From NCBI GenBank assembly GCA_964016885.1, contig OZ024746.1:33976001-34040000 (forward strand): DNA of 64,000 bases, in the 5' to 3' direction. This DNA is from Eledone cirrhosa (Eukaryota). Below are positions 57,889 to 64,000 of the stretch, piece by piece (the stretch's first letter is position 1; every line of letters begins with the position of its first letter). The translations under genes were made by a program, and so were the position numbers. The notes below the pieces were generated by a model. It made no database searches. It had not been told where the DNA came from and saw only the letters and a list, made by a program, of their open reading frames with translations.

Positions 57889-58542
57889 TGATAATGATAA
57901 TAATAATAATAATAATATCAGAGAGGGTAATTGCCGAGACAATAAAACAATGTGTATTACTGGCACTAATCTTCTTTCTATATTAACGTTACTTAAAATC
58001 TCCAATGCTAACAACAGTTAACAATGCATCCATTTTGTTGTTTTTAGATATTTTGTTTTCATTCCTTTTACATTTTTGTCTTTCTATTCTCGATTTTCAT
58101 TTGAATTTTGAGATTAAATCTATTGCTGATGTCTTCGGGCATTAGTAGAACCCTCCGGCAATAAGTTTCCATAATGTATTTGTTATTATCACTCCACACG
58201 TACCTTACCACGTCCAGCACCATACTTAAAAAACATATCTGATGTTTTTCAGAATCATACGATCCAGCAATCGAATAAATGAACACACAGTTACACACGC
58301 AGAGTTGGGCTGAGGCATAGACACGTCTGCAGAAAAAAAAAATACATAAACACATATATTCACACGCATAACTTAAAAGACATTAGACAAATATCGATTG
58401 AAATAAACAGATGAATTTATACAAGCACATACATTTCATTCGAAATTGTCTGAATTTTTCTGACTACATACCTGTCATTTACTATATATACATTGAATGA
58501 AAATAGATCCTCTGTCGATTTCTGTAAGAAACATTCTAAGGA

Positions 58543-58730
58543 TAATTGTTTCTATATCGAGTCATGGCCAGCAATTTGAAGGGAACGGGAAGGTTGATTA
58601 AATTGATATCAGTTCATTACTGGTTATATATTTATTGACCCCCTAGTGATGAAAAGCAAAACTAATCCCAGCGAGATTTGACCTCAAAAAGTAAAGGGCC
58701 GTAACTCTATGCTGAAACGCGTGCTTTTCA
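58543..58730 (-). mobile_element. Old SINE, long subfamily
   Basis: Diverged reverse-complement match. Confidence 0.75.
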
Positions 58731-59384
58731 ACGATCTTTCAATGCTGTCTATCCACCACCATACCCTCTAAGAATAATAAAATAGTTAGCCAACTTAACG
58801 CAACATATTGATATATGTTTGTACCCATAATATAATTCAATGTCAAAAGGAGTGTTATAAAATATTTTAAAGCCGAGTATTTGAATAAGCTGGTACACAC
58901 AATTGGATGGACTCGCACACATAACAACTATCGAATTTTATACACTGGCCTGTGTTGACCGCAGTCTGCTGCAAATTATATATGATAATGGAGCCACATA
59001 GATCGAAACCTGTGTCAATTAATGCGAAGCAAACACATACACACATAAACATAGTATATTCATATATATATATACAAACACAAGGCAGATAGCGCTCAGT
59101 GGTCATATATAGTTATGGGCAACATCTTCTAATTTTACCATTGCCCAGACAATAGCACAGACCAAAAACGAATAAAGTAAATATTTCTATTTGAAAATTT
59201 AGACCGCAGCTACATATACTTTAGTATACTATACTATTTGAATATCTGTAAGCTATCCACCCCCACAATGCCACACCTCTCCATTTTACCAATAGAATCA
59301 ATTTTATTTCTGTTGTTTTTCTTATTAAGGCGATAAACCTCCATAGCTACACACAAGCACGTGCGTACACACTCACACACGCAC

Positions 59385-59397
59385 ACACACAGGCACC

Positions 59398-59492
<95 letters not shown>
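59385..59492. repeat. (CA)n microsatellite
   Basis: Direct observation. Confidence 0.96.
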
Positions 59493-59494
<2 letters not shown>

Positions 59495-60145
59495 ACGAAT
59501 ACAATTGAGTATCAACAACAGACACAAACATATACACACACAAATTCTTAGCACCCTGCCATTACCATCGTAGTCGCCATCACAAACGTCATGATCATGG
59601 GACAGGCATATAGACCAGTTTCTTGCACATTCAATTATTTGCGGCGCTACTACAATAGAAATTCTGAAATTTGACACCTATTAAAATCTGACACTTCACC
59701 GCAATTTGACATTAACCATATTCACTGAACCAAAACACTTCAAATTTTCATTTCTTCTTTTATTTTATGATCATCCATTCTTGGCGCAAATATTACTATG
59801 CCTAGCCACGTGACTCTCACCAATCATTAAAATCCCATTTAAGCAAATACCAATATTGAGCCATTGTTTCTTGAGTAAAAATCTCTAATCACGTGACTAC
59901 CATCACCCCCAACAATGGCATTTTTAAACGAATATCATTTTAACCCACATTTTTTGATAAAGCAGAAATAACTTTCGAACTCCAGTTAGAAACACAAATC
60001 CTACATCTCAATTTACTTTTGATATTCGACGAAATGGCAAACTGGTAAAGTATATAAATATTCTTAAAAAGCTCCAGTTGCATTTTGAAATTATTTTCTT
60101 TATATATATATACGCACACACGCACACACACAGAGACATACAGAC

Positions 60146-60181
<36 letters not shown>

Positions 60182-61624
60182 AAATGAAGGGTCTTAATAT
60201 ATATTTAACTTATGTTCAAGTTGTGGGATATATAGTGACAGATGGAGATAGATACGTGACAATTCATATGTATTTGTATAAGTAAAACCACATATGTGTG
60301 TACTGAAAATACACAATTTGGAGGTAAATAACTAATATTTTACTAAGACTACAAAATATAGTGATTATTTGCGAAGGCATGGTTGTGTGTTTAATATGTT
60401 AGATGTTTATCCCCTAAGGTGTAGCTTCTTTTGAATGCCTCCCTTCATAGATTTGGTTTAAACAAAGGGTTAGTTCTAACTATTTAGCTTCATATACCGA
60501 TTACCACCCTGTCTGCCCGAAATCAAATAACTGAAATCGACATATTCAATGCGTGCCAGTAAAGAAACTATTAGCTAGGGATACTACAATCAATTAGTTG
60601 AAAGCATTAAAAACAGGAAGAAAATCTAAATATTCTAGACACTCAAACATTTATATATATATATTCATATCTCTGAAGATCCCACATATAAAATAGAACC
60701 ATTAAGATGAGCCAAAAAGGGAGCTTGTATTTTGTCTCACTGAATATATTCTATCTCTCAAATTAAAAATAAAATGTTTTGTGAGATATATAGGAATTTC
60801 ACTGTTTGAATACCTTATTTTTATACGTCTCCTGCACCCACCACTAACATTACATCGATTAATTGTGTCTGTTTTCTCACTCTGTCCCTCTTTTTTAAAT
60901 TTAATTAGGTACATAAAATAAATCGGACCTTTTGTTGCACGTTAAGAAATAAAGCAATTATTTGTTATCTTACATCAGCAATTTACCATATCATTTTCGT
61001 CTATTAGAAATAGCCTATTAAATCAAACAGAGTTCATCAGTTTCAGTTATATTATCAATGTTGTAGTGATAAATGACAAACGTGTGTCTAGTTATATTAG
61101 AAAATATGCCATAAAATTGTGTAATTAAATTTAGGAAAACATTTTATAAGCAGCTATGTCGATTCTCGTACTGGAGACATATAAAATAGCAGGTACGTCT
61201 ACTTAAAGCTAACACTCACTGGGTAGGTCGATGCGTTTCATTTCCATACTAAGCATACATAAGGCGATACCTTCGTGAAAATTAACAGTAGTCCCATATG
61301 CTTACTGAAAGAGAAATTTCAAAATACATCTAATGTCAAAAACTTGTTCTTTTTTTCTGTTGTGATGTAGTGATGCTGTCGTGGGACAGCTTCAATTCGT
61401 TCAGCTCATAAAAATCTTCCTTTTTTAATTATCATGATATTGGTGTTGCAAACATAGTAAAACACCAATTACACATTGCACAATGTCTTTTTCTTATAAC
61501 TATTGACATGGGAGTTGATGTTTCATATTACATTCTAGTTGGCACTTATTGAGCAGACCTATGATGAATATGTAATGATCCCGTATGTTATTTTTATGAA
61601 TTACGCTATCCCGTTTCCATTATT

Positions 61625-61737
61625 ATTCAAATCCCGCCGAGGTTGACTTTGCCTTTCATCCTTATGGGGTCGATAAAATAAAGTACCAGTAATGCACTGG
61701 TTAATTGCTGGCCTTGTGCCTAGAGTAGAAACAATTA
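61625..61737 (+). mobile_element. 5'-truncated SINE
   Basis: TTCAAATCCCGCCGAGG...GTAGAAACAATTA. Confidence 0.9.
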
Positions 61738-62007
61738 ATAAATGTGTCATTTTAAAGTGTGCTTTTCATGAAGATTTCACTGAAATTTGTTGCCGATTAC
61801 ATTGTTGTTGGCTCATCTTCTCTAAATACAATTTAATATCAGGCGAAAATAAAATTGAACAAACATGAAATCGGCGTTTTATGCCTGGTGTACCCGACAT
61901 GTATAAACCTGATGAATAAATCAACACGCTTGTTCACGTTAAGCTTGGTGATACGTTGAAACTAACCAAGAAATCAAAATTTTTCTAAACATTGGTATGT
62001 ACAATGG

Positions 62008-62042
<35 letters not shown>

Positions 62043-62768
62043 TACTCACGATGGTATGTGTGATTATTCCGGTCTAAGTCAAATTATAACTACTGTTTTA
62101 TATTCTGGCATTTGTACTTCTTTTGCTATGTTAGCATTTAAAAAAAATGTAATATACTTATTTTAGCTTGTTAATCCTTGTATCAACGTAACTAAAAATG
62201 TATAATTATTTTTGTACGTTGGAATTTAAATTATAGAAATAGTTTTATGCAAAATGATGTGTATATAGAATTCATAACTATTTTGGTACATTAGAAATTA
62301 TAAATATGTTATTGCATTAAATTATTAACTATTTTAGTCCGATATAGCTTATAAGTGGTTTGGTACATTCGAAATGTGTGCTGTGCTTTACCTTATATAG
62401 TATTTATTAGTTTGATACAAAACTAGAATATATAAATATATTCCTGTATTGAAAGTAGCAATAATTTACATTTATTCATTTCTAAATATCGATTCTTATT
62501 ACTTGCATAACATCAACTGTTTTTTTAGAGAATAAGGAATTCATTTAGACGAATATTATTTTATCAAACCACTCATTTCCACCCGTTTCACTAGCAGGGA
62601 ATATTAGACTGGATGGAATTTCAACTCAATAAAAGTTAAGATCCAACTCAATTAGGAGAAGTGTGGACCAAAGATTGTATAAATAGAAGAAATTCCACTC
62701 CAATAGAATTCAGTGAATGCAATATATGGAAGGGAATGGACATATGGGAGGTGAGGAGTTGGTGATGC

Positions 62769-62797
62769 GAGAGAGAAGAGAGAGAGAGAAAGAGAGA

Positions 62798-62850
<53 letters not shown>
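62769..62850. repeat. (AG)n microsatellite
   Basis: Direct observation. Confidence 0.96.
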
Positions 62851-62852
<2 letters not shown>

Positions 62853-63145
62853 TATGAACAGATACAAATGATTATAATACACGTCTAACAATAGAAATCA
62901 TTTTCAGTTTTAATTTTAAAGTGGTGTAATTGACATTATATTTCATACCCACTAACCGGAGTTATAATTCCTAACAAAGATTCGTTTATTTGTGAAGAGG
63001 CTTTACACGATGATTTCAAATATCAATTCCATAGAACTGTTTATTATCATTCGGAATTTAACTAAAAATAAATATAAGTCATTTTGACAATCTGCATTAA
63101 AACGCTGTCATTTTTTAAATTCATAACAGCTCGTTGTAAAATGGC

Positions 63146-63225
<80 letters not shown>

Positions 63226-63394
63226 CGAGAGAGAGAAAACCCTTCCATCGTTGTATTACTCTGAACATTAAATGAAAATCATAGGCAGTGGATTTCATTT
63301 GACAAACGGTAATAAACTAAGTCAAAAATTATACGGATTGATGGAATTTCTACGGGCAGTCGTGTGTCAGAAATCATCGCTATAATATTTTGCC

Positions 63395-63660
63395 GCTATT
63401 ATAAACATCAATCCTATCAAGTGCAAGTCGAATATCATCTTCTCTCGAATTAACTAACACAATGTCGTATGCAAATTCCATCCAACTGATTTTACACCCG
63501 CCTGCCATGATACCTGTTCCAATCCTATTCATGTAAATAATGAACAGGAGAGGTGACAGTACGCACCATTGAGTCCGACTACAACTTTGAATTGTTTCGA
63601 TTTAGTACCATTTATCCAAACGCAAATATTCGGGCATTCGTCATAGTTGAATTCCATTCA
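63395..63660 (-). pseudogene. RTE-like LINE RT fragment
   Basis: CVWINGTKSKQFKVVVGL/QWCVLSPLLFIIYMNRI...EFAYDIVLV (G..QG.VLSP.LF and FADD motifs). Confidence 0.7.
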
Positions 63661-64000
63661 AACTTATGTTAACATACGCTTACTGAAGTCACTCTGAGAA
63701 ATCCATAGTTATAATGTTGGCGGCGAGGGTGACAGCGTTGACATCTCCCTTCTACGAAGATTACAAACGCGTTTTTTCTAAACTCGGGAAAGCTTTTAAA
63801 TATATGTTTATATGCAATTGCAGTCGAGAAGAGTTCATTTAAGATCTTCTCAACAAAATGACCATATGGTTTACATACGCAAGTCGCCGATAACCAAAGA
63901 GCTAAAAATCAGTATAAAGCCACCCATTATTCATGACGTGGCCAGGCCATATTCGAGTGTAAGAAGCTAAGGACCGAAACACTTGCTTGGGTTTTCTTTT

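Overview
This is AT-rich eukaryotic DNA with very dense (TA)n, (CA)n and (CT)n microsatellites. The repeat content (an abundant ~185-bp tRNA-head SINE with a Meta/MESC-like core) most resembles an Octopus/coleoid cephalopod intergenic or intronic region; this assignment is an inference. No host protein-coding gene can be supported. Most ORF-track entries are microsatellite translations, and the real coding remnants are retroelements: several Penelope-like elements (PLEs; RT and/or GIY-YIG), CR1, R4/Dong, Tx1/L1 and RTE LINEs, and possibly decayed hAT/MULE transposases. The main observation is that about 10 insertions from several unrelated PLE-derived families share one architecture: (TA)n - short inverted arm ending at a fixed family-specific point - spacer or body - long arm plus a unique tail - (TA)n. 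Many carry type I hammerhead ribozyme (HHR) motifs with palindromic stem III, a non-canonical U.U or A.A pair closing stem II, and long loop II inserts. In the smallest copies the inversion point lies in or next to the ribozyme. Also present are a U6 5' fragment, a SINE trimer at one target, a TSD-flanked double-3'-end SINE foldback, and a SINE/Dong/Tx1 stack in one (TAA)n tract. All calls were read by eye, so boundaries are approximate.
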